Translations under genes and position numbers: made by a program
Assembly (NCBI GenBank): GCA_021738625.1
Contig: JAIPBS010000015.1
Location: 1 to 64,000 of the forward strand
Reading direction: 5' to 3'
Source of the DNA: Bacteroidales bacterium
GTDB lineage: Bacteria > Bacteroidota > Bacteroidia > Bacteroidales > JAIOZK01
DNA: 64,000 nucleotides
The notes under the pieces: generated by a model
Databases searched by the model: none
What the model saw: only the letters and a program-made list of their open reading frames with translations
What the model was told of the DNA's origin: nothing
Shown here: piece after piece, positions 48,348 to 59,006 of the stretch
Layout of the letters: each line of letters starts with the position of its first letter
Position numbering within the stretch: the first letter of the stretch is position 1

Positions 48348-51300
48348 TCAAAAATATTTACCAATAAGATTCAACAATTTATTTTTAGCTATGGGTTTTG
48401 AGATGTAAGCATTGCAACCGGCATCCAGACACTTTTGCTCATCTTCCACCATGGCGTATGCCGTTTGAGCAATAACAGGCAAATTCTTCCGAATTTCCCT
48501 GATTCTTTCCGTTGCCTCATAGCCGTCAAGTATGGGTAATTGAATATCCATCAATACGATATCGATCTTTGAATTGTTCCGGACCTGCTCCACGGCTTCC
48601 CGTCCGTTTTTCGCCCAGCATATCTCAATGCCGGTTCTTTTGAATATGGTTTTCAGATAAAAGAAGTTCGATTCGTCATCTTCAACGATTAAAATTGTTT
48701 TATCGGCCCAATCCGCACTTTTTTTCTTTGAGGGATTTTCAACCGTTTTCCCAAACTCAGCGTTCGGTTTTTTATCCGGGATCGTAAAAACAAAACGCGA
48801 GCCTTTACCTACTTCGGACCATAAGTGAATGCCGCCGCCCATTTTCTCCAGCAGGTTTTTACAAATGGTCAAACCCAGCCCTGTTCCTCCAAACTCCCGT
48901 GTATTGGAACCATCCACCTGTATGAAGCGATCAAATATGCGTTCCTTCATTGCCTTGTCGATCCCCATTCCGGTATCTTCAACGAAGAATTCAAGGTTTT
49001 CTCCTTTAGGCACATAACCAAACTCCACATATCCTTCTTTTGTGAACTTCAGGGCATTGTCGATTAGGTTAGTAAGAACCTGGCGCAATCTCTTTTTATC
49101 TGTCAAAATAAAGCAATTTTCATTGGGAACCTTTAATTTAACATCCAGTAGCTTCTTTCTTTGTCCATGCAGATTTTTCGAATAAAAAGCATACAGTTCA
49201 TTCAAAAGTTCCTGCACATTGCATCCGGACTCATAGATAGCCAGTTCTCCTGCTTCGATCTTGGCAACATCAATGATATCATTGATGATATTAAGCAATT
49301 GATTGCCCGAGGAGTTAATTATGCGTACATATTCTTTTCTTTCTTCCGGATCGATGTCGGCAGCCAGCAACTCGGCAAATCCCAGGATGCCATTGAGCGG
49401 AGTACGAATTTCATGTGACATATTGGCCAGGAAAGCTGTTTTGATGCGGTCGGATTCTTCGGCTTTATCTCTTGCAATTTTTAGCTCCTCATTCTGTTTT
49501 TTGATCAGGGTTTCGTATTCCTTTTGCCTGCTAACGTCACGGCAAACCGTTACCCACACCTTTTCGCCCCTGTAGTTGTATTTCCGGCTATGGACTTCCA
49601 TGGGAAATCTTTCACCGTTTTTTCTGAGGCCAAGCACCTCATAAGGTTTGGAATAACTGGATTTCATATACCTACCGGCCAGCTCCCTCGACTCGGGAGC
49701 AACAATTTCAAGACCGTGGATGCCGATAAGCTCCTCATAGGAATATCCGAACATTTCGCAGGCAGCCGTATTGGTTTCAATACTTTTCTTATCCTTTGAA
49801 AAAAAGATGGCTTCCCTGGCGGCCCGGGCGAGTGCACGCGTGCGTTCTTCACTTTCTGCGAGGCTCTTTTCGGTCAACACACGTTCCGTTACATCCATGA
49901 TAACGCCTTCGAGATGAACCAGTTCATCCTCCTTATAAACTCCTATACCAACTTCATTTACCCACCTGTATTTACCATCTTTATTTAAAATTCTGTAATC
50001 TATGATATATGGTGTTTTCTGCCTTACGCCCCTGTCAACTTTCTTGTGCACATGGTCGCGGTCTTCGGGATGGATCAAATCGTCGAATGAAACTTCACCT
50101 TTTAGGAATTTTTGTTTATTATAACCCGTCAGCCTCAAAATATTGTCATTCAGATAGGTCATGGTGTAATCTTTATCATTTAAACAGATATAGATCACAC
50201 CTGGAAAATTCTCGGCCAACAGCCTGAATTTCTGTTCCGATTCCTTTAACTCATCTTCAACGCGCTTTTTCTCAATGAGATGGCCGACCTGCTTGGCGAT
50301 CAGTTCAAACACATTTAGATCCCTCAAGCCAAAGGCATTCTCATCTTTGTAGTTCTGAACGACCATCAATCCGCTCACTTTGCCTTTCACATAAAGCGGC
50401 GCTCCCATCCAAACTTTGGCCGGGGTGCCCACCAGTTCAATAACGCCCTCATTCTCGAGCTGTTTAAGCTCCGGGCGTTTTAACAGGGTAGGTTCTTGTT
50501 TTGATATCACATGTGCCGTCACTGTTTTCCTGGCAGGGAATTCCTGAAATTTATCCTCCTCATCTATAATGTAGGGCAATGAGAGTGTATCTGTTTCTTC
50601 ATTGTAGAGGGCAACATAGAAATTGGAAGAATCCAGCACATGGGACAATTCGCTTTTTATTGTTTTCAATAAATCCGTCAGAACACTTCCTGATAAAACG
50701 GCATTGGTAATATTGAGGATGATATCCTGAATGATCCGGTTGTATTTCTGCTCGGTAACATCTCTTACAATCCCCACCATGCGTTGCAGTTTTCCCTCCC
50801 GGTTTTTTATCCCGAAGCATTTTTCCTGCAACCACAAGGTTTTACCCGATCGCAATACGATACGGTATTCGAAGTTGATAGAATCTTTGCTTTTAAGTGA
50901 TCCGAATTGATCATCCACCAGATCAACATCATCCTGATGGATCAAATTACTCCATGTATTCCGGTCTTTCAGAAATTCTTCTTCGACAATACCGGTTATT
51001 TTTCTTATGGCGGGTGAAACATAGAGGAATTTATCCCGGATCAGATCACCTATCCAAAAAATATCATCAATTGCATTGGATATTTGCCTGAATTTCAATT
51101 CGCTTTCCAGTAACGCTTTCTCGGCATTCTTCCTATTATGTATATCAACTGCGGTGCCCAATACAACTGTTTCACCTCCGAATTCAACCCTTCCATTCGA
51201 AATTTCAACCCACTTACTTTCATTGTTTTTTGTAACGATCTTGAACTCGTAATTGCTGATCGGGTCATCTCCTTGTGCGCGCCGGGAACCTCTTTCTTTT

Positions 51301-52319
51301 ACAATCGCCCTGTGATCGGGATGAACCAGATCGTAAAAATGCATATTGAGCAATTCACCCTCACTATAACCTGTTATCCGGGTCATGGCACTGTTAACAT
51401 AATTTAAAACGCCATCCTTTCCAAAGGTATAAACTCCGCTTTGCAAATGTTTTGTGAGTACCTTAAAGCGCTCCCGTTCATTTTCGATGATCTCCTTATC
51501 TTTTTTACTTCTCGAAATATCACGCAAAGATCCGTCGTAGGCAATGACCCGGCCATTTTCATCATAGATGGCATTGGTGTTATCGATGGCCCAAAACGTG
51601 CTGCCGTCTTTTCTTTTCAGCTCGATCTCCGCATCTTTCAGTGTACCGATCTTATCAAGTTGGTATTGCTGGTCTTTTCTTTTTGATTGGTGGACATAGA
51701 AATCTGCGACCTTTTTTCGCTTTAACTCTTCAGCATCATCAAATCCAAGCAGTTTTACCAGCTCGGGATTTACCTCCAGAAATACCCCACCCGGAGTGGT
51801 GCGGTAAAGGCCGACCGGTGCATTGTTAAAGAATTTTTCAAAACGTTCTTCAGTTCTTTTAAGGGCTTCGGAAGTTTTCATCCACTCGGCTATGTTCCTG
51901 GTAATGGTGAAGATGTACTTTTCGCCTTCAATTGAAAACAAACTTGCCGACATCAAACCGGATTCGACGATTCCGTTTTTCAGCCTGAATTTTGAAATAA
52001 AATAATTGACCCGGCCACCTTTCAAAAGTTCTTCAACCAGCCGGTTGCGCTCAACGGCAGCAGACCAAACACCCACATCTGTAGAGGATTTGCCCTTCAC
52101 ATCCTTCTCAGTGAAACCTGTGAGCCTGGTGAAGCCCGCATTTACCCGCACAAATACACCATCTTTTAAACGCGTTATGGCAAGTGCATCGGGGTTGGTC
52201 CGGAAACTCTGTTCAAATAACTCAGGATTATTATAAAGGTCAGGAGGAATGATGTCGCCATCCTTATCCGGTTTTTGGCTTTTCTCCTTCTCGCTTCTTT
52301 TATGATACTTATCAATCAA
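48348..52319 (-). CDS. Giant hybrid sensor histidine kinase (multi-PAS/GAF - HisKA - HATPase - REC)
   Basis: 1323 aa with at least six PAS modules and a GAF, HisKA (ANMSHEIRTPLNGILGF), HATPase (GTGLGLTICK), and C-terminal REC (ILIVEDDESNF...LMDIQLPILDG). Confidence 0.9.
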   Translation of the reverse strand: MIDKYHKRSEKEKSQKPDKDGDIIPPDLYNNPELFEQSFRTNPDALAITRLKDGVFVRVNAGFTRLTGFTEKDVKGKSSTDVGVWSAAVERNRLVEELLKGGRVNYFISKFRLKNGIVESGLMSASLFSIEGEKYIFTITRNIAEWMKTSEALKRTEERFEKFFNNAPVGLYRTTPGGVFLEVNPELVKLLGFDDAEELKRKKVADFYVHQSKRKDQQYQLDKIGTLKDAEIELKRKDGSTFWAIDNTNAIYDENGRVIAYDGSLRDISRSKKDKEIIENERERFKVLTKHLQSGVYTFGKDGVLNYVNSAMTRITGYSEGELLNMHFYDLVHPDHRAIVKERGSRRAQGDDPISNYEFKIVTKNNESKWVEISNGRVEFGGETVVLGTAVDIHNRKNAEKALLESELKFRQISNAIDDIFWIGDLIRDKFLYVSPAIRKITGIVEEEFLKDRNTWSNLIHQDDVDLVDDQFGSLKSKDSINFEYRIVLRSGKTLWLQEKCFGIKNREGKLQRMVGIVRDVTEQKYNRIIQDIILNITNAVLSGSVLTDLLKTIKSELSHVLDSSNFYVALYNEETDTLSLPYIIDEEDKFQEFPARKTVTAHVISKQEPTLLKRPELKQLENEGVIELVGTPAKVWMGAPLYVKGKVSGLMVVQNYKDENAFGLRDLNVFELIAKQVGHLIEKKRVEDELKESEQKFRLLAENFPGVIYICLNDKDYTMTYLNDNILRLTGYNKQKFLKGEVSFDDLIHPEDRDHVHKKVDRGVRQKTPYIIDYRILNKDGKYRWVNEVGIGVYKEDELVHLEGVIMDVTERVLTEKSLAESEERTRALARAAREAIFFSKDKKSIETNTAACEMFGYSYEELIGIHGLEIVAPESRELAGRYMKSSYSKPYEVLGLRKNGERFPMEVHSRKYNYRGEKVWVTVCRDVSRQKEYETLIKKQNEELKIARDKAEESDRIKTAFLANMSHEIRTPLNGILGFAELLAADIDPEERKEYVRIINSSGNQLLNIINDIIDVAKIEAGELAIYESGCNVQELLNELYAFYSKNLHGQRKKLLDVKLKVPNENCFILTDKKRLRQVLTNLIDNALKFTKEGYVEFGYVPKGENLEFFVEDTGMGIDKAMKERIFDRFIQVDGSNTREFGGTGLGLTICKNLLEKMGGGIHLWSEVGKGSRFVFTIPDKKPNAEFGKTVENPSKKKSADWADKTILIVEDDESNFFYLKTIFKRTGIEICWAKNGREAVEQVRNNSKIDIVLMDIQLPILDGYEATERIREIRKNLPVIAQTAYAMVEDEQKCLDAGCNAYISKPIAKNKLLNLIGKYF

Positions 52320-52390
52320 TGCCTATATCAATTTGCTTTCGTTTCAAACGAACATATACAACAATGCTCAACACAACAAATGTAAAAAAA

Positions 52391-55108
52391 TTAATTTTGT
52401 GTGTCTTGCCCATCATCCGTTTTTGGACCGCCTGAAAGATTCAGCTTTACGATTTGCCAACGGTAAGACCTTTTAAAAAAGCTAAACCACTTTTCGGAAT
52501 GCGTATAATTTTCAATTTTTTGTTTGTAGTCGATCTCGCTTTCCGGCTGATAATCATCCAGGGCAAGTGCAATGCCAACCGCTTTCTGCTGGTCAACAGT
52601 TTCGTGACGCGACAGACCCATTTCTTTCAGCACAAAAAGCATTTGTAGCGCAGGACGGGGGCGGCTGCTATTCATAAAATATCCGATGCTTGCAAATACG
52701 AGATCCGGGCTTTGTTGTTCAAGTAGAAATTGTTCGAAATGATCGTGCCTTATACCATAGCGTGTAATGTTGTTTTGAATATAAAACGTATCCAGGCGAA
52801 GATACTCAGGGATGACTGCAGAAAAGCCCTGCTCAAAGATATTATCCCTGATCCGTTTCATGCTTTTCTGATATTCGGAAACGGTAGCATATTTCTGAAT
52901 TGCTTGCAATGGGATACTATCTGTAAAATCACATTCATCCAGGGTTTTAAGTAGGTTCAATGCTTTTAAAAACTGCTCTTCCGCAGCCACGAAATCCCGT
53001 TTATCAACCAGGTTGAAACCCTGCATCACCACTTTTTCATAATCATTGATCCGTTTGTCGCAAATTAAAATATTCAGTTTCTCCCTGATTTTGTTCAGCT
53101 CCGTGCGATAATAAGGATCCAATTCGAGCCGGTAAAGTTGCATGTGTTCCTGCAAGCGTGTGAATTTGGGATAGGCATTTTGCAGGTCCTCGTTCCATAT
53201 GCTGAAACTAACCTCATACAGAAGCTTATCTCCAAGCATCCTTGCTGCTTTTTCGATGAGGCTGTCGATATTTGTAAACTGCGAGGCGTCAAGCGCTTTA
53301 TTGTCCCGAAGCTTGTTCAACTCTTCAAGCGCCTCCTTATATCCGCCCTTTCGGATCAGTTTTTCGCATTGGGAGATCAGTGCGATTTGGGCGGTGAATT
53401 CCACCTGATCAATATTTTTTCCAGGTTGGGATTGCACCACATCTTCATCCCCGTGTTTGTCAGCCTGGTATTGTTCCGCTTTATTCAACCATTTTCGGGC
53501 GGCTGAATACTCGCCTTTATTGAAAAGGGCACTGGCTTCGGCCAGGCATTTTTCATACATGGCCTGCCAGGCCTTAAGCTTAAGTTCACTGTAATTTTTT
53601 CGATTTAGCTTTACCGCAGGATTTTCCTCAATGATCTGTCTGGATTTGTCCAGATTTGCCAGTGCATCCTCATAATACTTTTTGTCGATCAAAGCAGCCG
53701 CATCCTTAAGGTAAGCATCAGCCATTTTACCATAAGCATTCCAAATCCCAAGTTTGTTGATGATATGCTTGCTGTTGTTTTCCTGGAAATTTTCTGCACG
53801 ACTCAGATAGATTTCCGCCATACTGTAATTACCGACCTCAATTGCCTTGATCGCCACGCTGAGCAATGAATTGTACAGACCGCTGATGGCTCTGGCCTGC
53901 TTGGTCCGTATCAAATCCCTGTTGCATTCGGCTTCCGTCGAATTGCAGAAGGAATTAAGTCCCTCAACAAATTCAAGGGCTTCATTGTAGTTCTCATTTC
54001 CAATACAATAATCGATCAGGATGAGATAGTTTTCGTAAAACAGTTTACTCATCCCGGCAATGTCCGGTTCAGTATCGATTTTATATTTCAGCAGGCGTTG
54101 CAGATTGCTGAAAAAATCCTTGATCTCTTCGCTGCTGTATTTCCTGGAAAGCAGGTCGTAAAAGGAATTCTCAAAGTAATGGCCGGCTTTGGAAGCCATG
54201 TGCATATATTGCTCAAGCTGCTTAAAATAAGGATAAAAATAATTACCGGGAACCCCTGCCCGGGCAACTCTTTGTTTGTTATAAATCTCTTGCTCAAACA
54301 ATGTATTCAGCCGCCCCGTTTTTAAACTAAAATCCTGTAGTTGATTGTAGAAGAATAAAGGATCATGATCCCGGTTGATATTGAGTTCGGTAAGAAATAC
54401 CTTTCTTGCAAGTATCTTATAAACCTGTTTAAAATCGAAAGGCAGGACTGCAAATTTCAGCAGGGCGTCATCTGCACCTTCATCCAGCTTCTTGAGTTGA
54501 TCAAGCAGTTGATCCAGGATCATGGACGATCCGTAATAATCGTTGATCAAGTCCATTCTCCGGACAAAGGCTTTACGGTCTTCCTGGCTGTAATAAAAGC
54601 GCAAGTCAGAAAGCTCAAGTCTAAGGTCCGCATTCCCGGTTCTGAACCGGATTGCGGCACTGATCCCCTTTCCGTTCAGATTTGCTGTTATGGTTTTTGC
54701 GAGAACGATCCGATCCTCTTTATCAAAACAATAAACCCGGAACTCGGCCATGGAGGGTTGTAAAATATCGGCAATATCGAATTTTCTGTAGGCCGTCGCT
54801 CCCTGAACCTCGGCAACATGAATATCAACAATAGCTTCCAGGATGTTTTCTTTCTCAAGAATATCGAGATCAGCGGTATATCCAAGAGAATAATTGACTG
54901 AAGAAACAGCCATCCCTTGCGATAAGGCAATTTCGTTTATAAAATAGGAGGTATTGAAAGATTTCGCATCAGGATGACTAATATTGGAAAAAACATATTT
55001 CCCACTGATCTCATTATGAAACAGATTTTTACCCTGTGCGAAAACAATATCCTGAAATGGAAAGCAAAGCAACAAACAAGCAATAAGCCTAAAAATCATG
55101 TAAAGCAC
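52391..55108 (-). CDS. Large secreted hypothetical protein (alpha-helical, TPR-like)
   Basis: 905 aa with signal peptide (CFPFQDIVFAQ) and a Y/A/L-rich helical repeat character. It is the first gene of the co-directional array, 71 nt upstream of the giant kinase. Confidence 0.5.
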   Translation of the reverse strand: MLYMIFRLIACLLLCFPFQDIVFAQGKNLFHNEISGKYVFSNISHPDAKSFNTSYFINEIALSQGMAVSSVNYSLGYTADLDILEKENILEAIVDIHVAEVQGATAYRKFDIADILQPSMAEFRVYCFDKEDRIVLAKTITANLNGKGISAAIRFRTGNADLRLELSDLRFYYSQEDRKAFVRRMDLINDYYGSSMILDQLLDQLKKLDEGADDALLKFAVLPFDFKQVYKILARKVFLTELNINRDHDPLFFYNQLQDFSLKTGRLNTLFEQEIYNKQRVARAGVPGNYFYPYFKQLEQYMHMASKAGHYFENSFYDLLSRKYSSEEIKDFFSNLQRLLKYKIDTEPDIAGMSKLFYENYLILIDYCIGNENYNEALEFVEGLNSFCNSTEAECNRDLIRTKQARAISGLYNSLLSVAIKAIEVGNYSMAEIYLSRAENFQENNSKHIINKLGIWNAYGKMADAYLKDAAALIDKKYYEDALANLDKSRQIIEENPAVKLNRKNYSELKLKAWQAMYEKCLAEASALFNKGEYSAARKWLNKAEQYQADKHGDEDVVQSQPGKNIDQVEFTAQIALISQCEKLIRKGGYKEALEELNKLRDNKALDASQFTNIDSLIEKAARMLGDKLLYEVSFSIWNEDLQNAYPKFTRLQEHMQLYRLELDPYYRTELNKIREKLNILICDKRINDYEKVVMQGFNLVDKRDFVAAEEQFLKALNLLKTLDECDFTDSIPLQAIQKYATVSEYQKSMKRIRDNIFEQGFSAVIPEYLRLDTFYIQNNITRYGIRHDHFEQFLLEQQSPDLVFASIGYFMNSSRPRPALQMLFVLKEMGLSRHETVDQQKAVGIALALDDYQPESEIDYKQKIENYTHSEKWFSFFKRSYRWQIVKLNLSGGPKTDDGQDTQN

Positions 55109-55121
55109 CTTCCTGAAAAAG

Positions 55122-55205
55122 TGCCCAAGAAAGGACTCGAACCTTCACGAGCATTCGCTCACTACACCCTGAATGTAGCGCGTCTACCAATTCCGCCACT
55201 TGGGC
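55122..55205 (-). tRNA. tRNA-Leu (anticodon CAG)
   Basis: Reverse complement folds as a cloverleaf: acceptor GCCCAAG/CTTGGGC, D-arm GCGG..AATTGGTAG, anticodon stem CTACA/TGTAG with loop TTCAGGG, a long variable arm, T-loop TTCGAGT, discriminator A. Confidence 0.85.
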
Positions 55206-55332
55206 AATTTACTTGTTAAGAACGTTATATTATACTGCAAAGTTAGTAAAAATCGAACTCTAAAGATTTTCTATTTTTCGGAGCTTGCACTCTTTCATGC
55301 TCCGTCGTATCATTACAATGAACAATTTTGTG

Positions 55333-55416
55333 TGCCCAGGACAAGAATCGAACTTGCACGTCCTAACGGACACATGGCCCTCAACCATGCGCGTCTACCA
55401 GTTCCGCCACCTGGGC
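55333..55416 (-). tRNA. tRNA-Leu (anticodon GAG)
   Basis: Reverse complement: acceptor GCCCAGG/CCTGGGC, anticodon stem CATGG/CCATG with loop TTGAGGG, a long variable arm, T-loop TTCGATT. Confidence 0.85.
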
Positions 55417-55561
55417 TGATGTTTTTAATGAACGCCGCTTTTTCAAAAGCAAGTGCAAAATTATAAAAAATTAACAAAATGATAAATCTTTAAATAAGTT
55501 TAATTCATATCCATGATGCTACGATTTTATATTTTTGCAAATCAAACCTAAACAACAGATT

Positions 55562-57109
55562 ATGTTTAGTCAAAAAGACAGACAGCAGATCGAAGCAAAA
55601 GGCATTGGCCTTGAAACCATTCAAAAGCAAATCGAACATTTTGAGGAGGGCTTTCCCTGGGTCCGGCTGGTAGAACCGGCAAGGGTGGGCAATGGCATCA
55701 TTTCTTTTAATGATGAAGAAATTGAAGCCCTTGAAAAATCCTACAACCTGCATTCCGGTCAAAAAGATGTTTTGAAGTTTGTTCCGGCCAGCGGAGCAGC
55801 CACACGCATGTTTAAACATCTTTTCGCTTTCCTGGAAAAATATGAGAACAATGAGGAAGGACATAAATACTATCTTTCTGATAAAGAATTCAATTCGGTT
55901 TATTACTTCATTACCAACATCCAAAAATTTGCCTTTTACAACGAACTGAAAGAGATCATGAAAGCTGATGGCCTTGATCTTGAAGATTGCATTAAGAATC
56001 AGGATTATGATGTGGTCATCGATTATGTATTGAATGAAAAAGGCCTGAATTATGCAAGCCTCCCCAAAGGACTGATCAAATTCCATGATTACCCTGACGG
56101 CGCCCGGAAATCGGTGGAGGAACATCTGGTGGAAACTGCCAATTATTGCCGCGACAGAAAAGGAAAAGTTCACCTTCATTTCACGGTTTCTCCCGAGCAT
56201 ATTGATCACTTCAAACAAACCATAAAAGAAGTCAAAGGGAAATACGAAAAACAACTGAATGTTGAATTTGAGATCGAGTTTTCTGTTCAAAAACCTTCTA
56301 CCGATACCATCGCGGTTGACATGGAGAACAAACCTTTCAGGGAGGTGGACGATAGCATGCTGTTCAGGCCCGGCGGGCACGGCGCCTTGATCGAAAACCT
56401 AAACGACATCGACCACGATATCATCTTCATTAAAAACATCGATAACATTGTGCCCGACAAGCTTAGGGACGAGACTTACAGATACAAAAGAGTGATCGGC
56501 GGGCACCTTATCAGTATTCAGGAGAAAGCATTCCGCTACCTCGAAAAGCTTGAGGGTGATTTTGCAGATATGCAATTGCTTGAAGAAATCGCTGATTTTG
56601 CCACCAACGATTTGACTATAGATATCCCAAAGGATTTTAACAACTATGGTTCTGCTGAAAAGAAAGAGTTCCTGTTTAGGAAACTGAACCGGCCCATCAG
56701 GGTGTGCGGCATGGTGAAAAACGAAGGCGAACCCGGTGGAGGCCCGTTTTGGGTGAAACAAAAGAACGGCGAAATTTCCCTACAAATCGTTGAAAAATCT
56801 CAGATCAATCTCGACGACAGCGGGCAACAGATGATCCTTAACCAAAGTACTCATTTCAACCCGGTTGACATCGTTTGCAGCATACGAAACTACAAAGGCA
56901 AAGCATTCGACCTGCACGAATTCGTCGATCCTGAAACGGGCTTCATTTCCATCAAATCGAAAAACGGAAGAAGCCTGAAAGCGCAGGAGCTGCCGGGTTT
57001 ATGGAACGGCGCCATGGCCGACTGGAACACCGTTTTCGTGGAAACACCCATCATCACTTTCAACCCGGTGAAAACGGTGAACGACTTGCTGCGCCCCACA
57101 CATCAATAA
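55562..57109 (+). CDS. Conserved hypothetical protein (DUF4301-like)
   Basis: N-terminus MFSQKDRQQIEAKGIGLETIQKQIEHFEEGFPWVRL matches, from my recollection, the Bacteroidota DUF4301 family. Start moved to this Met. Confidence 0.5.
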   Translation: MFSQKDRQQIEAKGIGLETIQKQIEHFEEGFPWVRLVEPARVGNGIISFNDEEIEALEKSYNLHSGQKDVLKFVPASGAATRMFKHLFAFLEKYENNEEGHKYYLSDKEFNSVYYFITNIQKFAFYNELKEIMKADGLDLEDCIKNQDYDVVIDYVLNEKGLNYASLPKGLIKFHDYPDGARKSVEEHLVETANYCRDRKGKVHLHFTVSPEHIDHFKQTIKEVKGKYEKQLNVEFEIEFSVQKPSTDTIAVDMENKPFREVDDSMLFRPGGHGALIENLNDIDHDIIFIKNIDNIVPDKLRDETYRYKRVIGGHLISIQEKAFRYLEKLEGDFADMQLLEEIADFATNDLTIDIPKDFNNYGSAEKKEFLFRKLNRPIRVCGMVKNEGEPGGGPFWVKQKNGEISLQIVEKSQINLDDSGQQMILNQSTHFNPVDIVCSIRNYKGKAFDLHEFVDPETGFISIKSKNGRSLKAQELPGLWNGAMADWNTVFVETPIITFNPVKTVNDLLRPTHQ

Positions 57110-57116
57110 ACAACAT

Positions 57117-58763
57117 TTATTCTTTTTTCGGTATCAGATAGCTTGACAATACCGCAACGAACAGGGCTACAACGAAGGTAAGGAATCGTGCGGAAACACC
57201 CGTAACCGATGCATTCCTAATGATTGCACCGCTATACTCTTCATATTCGTTTTGCTTGTAGAGGGTTTTGAGTTCCTTTTTGAAGCGGTTTTCCGAACTG
57301 AAGCGTTCATCCAATATCACACTGAGCCTGCTGCTTGCCTCAGAGGGCACTTTATCCGCTTCAACGGCTGTGATGGTATCCTCCGTAACCCGGTAATGTT
57401 TTTCCATTCCGCTTGAAAACCAAATGATGGTGAATATCAGGCCGGTAATAATAGTCACAAGAACAGCTCTTCCGTGATATCGCTTCCAGAAAAGGGTTAG
57501 AAGGATGACAACTGAGAAAGTGCTGCCGATGCCGGCCCAAACGTAACCCACAATGGTATAGATCATATCGGAGGGTGAAATGTAGGCAAGCAACAGGGCG
57601 ATCACGGCAAGCAGAGCGGTGGTGATCCTTGAATGCTTCAGGGCTAATTTGGCTTTGTTCTGAGTTTTGAGTGCGGGTTTTAACAAATTCTCTGATAATT
57701 CGCTTGAAGAAAGAATCAGCAGGGAGTCTGCCGTTGAGATCATGGCAGCGATGGCTCCGGTAATGAGGACAGCGGCAATAGCGGGCGGAAATATCTTAAG
57801 AAACACTTCCGGCATCACCATTTCCTGGTCCTGCAATCCGTCCGGCCCAAATATGGCGATCCCCAGCCAACCGATAAACAATGCGCCGATATATGCAATG
57901 ATCGTCCAGATGATCCCGATATTGCGGGCTTTCTTGGCCTGGCGTTCATCGCTTATGGCCATAAAACGCATGCTCAGTTGCGGCTGTCCGCCCAGATAAC
58001 CGAAAAACCAGGAAAGCCCGCCAACCAGGACTACGCCGGCCATAAAGCCGGTTGCACCTCCGGTAAGTGAAGTGTAAGCCGTACCAGCCTTATCGAGGGC
58101 TTGGGGTACGGATTGCGCAAACACTTCCGGGTGATTGGCCAGATAGATGATCCCGACAATGGGACCGAGGATCAAAGCAGTGATCATCACGATGGCCTGG
58201 ATCACATCTGTATAAACCACCGAACGAAATCCGCCGTATATAGTATAAGGTATGATAATGACCGCCGTGATCAGCATGCCCCATTTGGTTTCGACGCCAA
58301 ACATGGATTCGAGGGTTTTGCCCCCGCCCAAAAACTGGGCGCCTACATAAAAGAAAAAGAAAAACACAATGGTGAAACTCCCCACAATCCTAATCCACCT
58401 GCCCACCTCACCATGCTTTTTGGCAATGAATTCGGTGAAGGTATTTACTTCATACTTTTCGGAGGCATCGCGCAGACGCCACGAAATGGTGATCCAGGCG
58501 GTTAGGATGCCACCAGCACAACCAATGGCCGTCCATATCTCGGTCAGACCCGTGGCGTAAGCTGCTCCCGGCAAACCCAGCAAAGCCCAGGAAGATTCAC
58601 CGGTGGCCCGCTCAGACAAGGCCGCTACCCAGCCCGGCAATTTGCGCCCGGCAATGGCATAATCCGAATCCGTTTTTACTTTTCTTCCCTGGTATAAGCC
58701 CCATAAAATCAATAGGGAAAGATAAGCGATCATCACGATCAGGATCTGCGTTTGTGTATCCAT
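57117..58763 (-). CDS. Sodium:solute symporter family transporter
   Basis: 548 aa, about 13 transmembrane helices, SSF-type motifs (GRKLPGWVAALS...; GGLSWFFGYLGGQP). Confidence 0.8.
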   Translation of the reverse strand: MDTQTQILIVMIAYLSLLILWGLYQGRKVKTDSDYAIAGRKLPGWVAALSERATGESSWALLGLPGAAYATGLTEIWTAIGCAGGILTAWITISWRLRDASEKYEVNTFTEFIAKKHGEVGRWIRIVGSFTIVFFFFFYVGAQFLGGGKTLESMFGVETKWGMLITAVIIIPYTIYGGFRSVVYTDVIQAIVMITALILGPIVGIIYLANHPEVFAQSVPQALDKAGTAYTSLTGGATGFMAGVVLVGGLSWFFGYLGGQPQLSMRFMAISDERQAKKARNIGIIWTIIAYIGALFIGWLGIAIFGPDGLQDQEMVMPEVFLKIFPPAIAAVLITGAIAAMISTADSLLILSSSELSENLLKPALKTQNKAKLALKHSRITTALLAVIALLLAYISPSDMIYTIVGYVWAGIGSTFSVVILLTLFWKRYHGRAVLVTIITGLIFTIIWFSSGMEKHYRVTEDTITAVEADKVPSEASSRLSVILDERFSSENRFKKELKTLYKQNEYEEYSGAIIRNASVTGVSARFLTFVVALFVAVLSSYLIPKKE

Positions 58764-59006
58764 AAGCGTTTTGGTTTTTGCAGGTCAAAGTTAAAAAATA
58801 AATAAAACCCAAACATCTAAACAACAATATGTTATGTCGTGTTAACTTTATGTTAAATTACAAAGGTTTTGGCACTTGATAATTAACAATATTTTAACCC
58901 ACATTTAAACTTCACTTTTCAATTAACAACTTCCTTTGCTTCCGAAAAAGGGGTAACAAAAAATCAAACTCAAAAAATAATTAATAACCCACAATTCAAA
59001 AACAGT

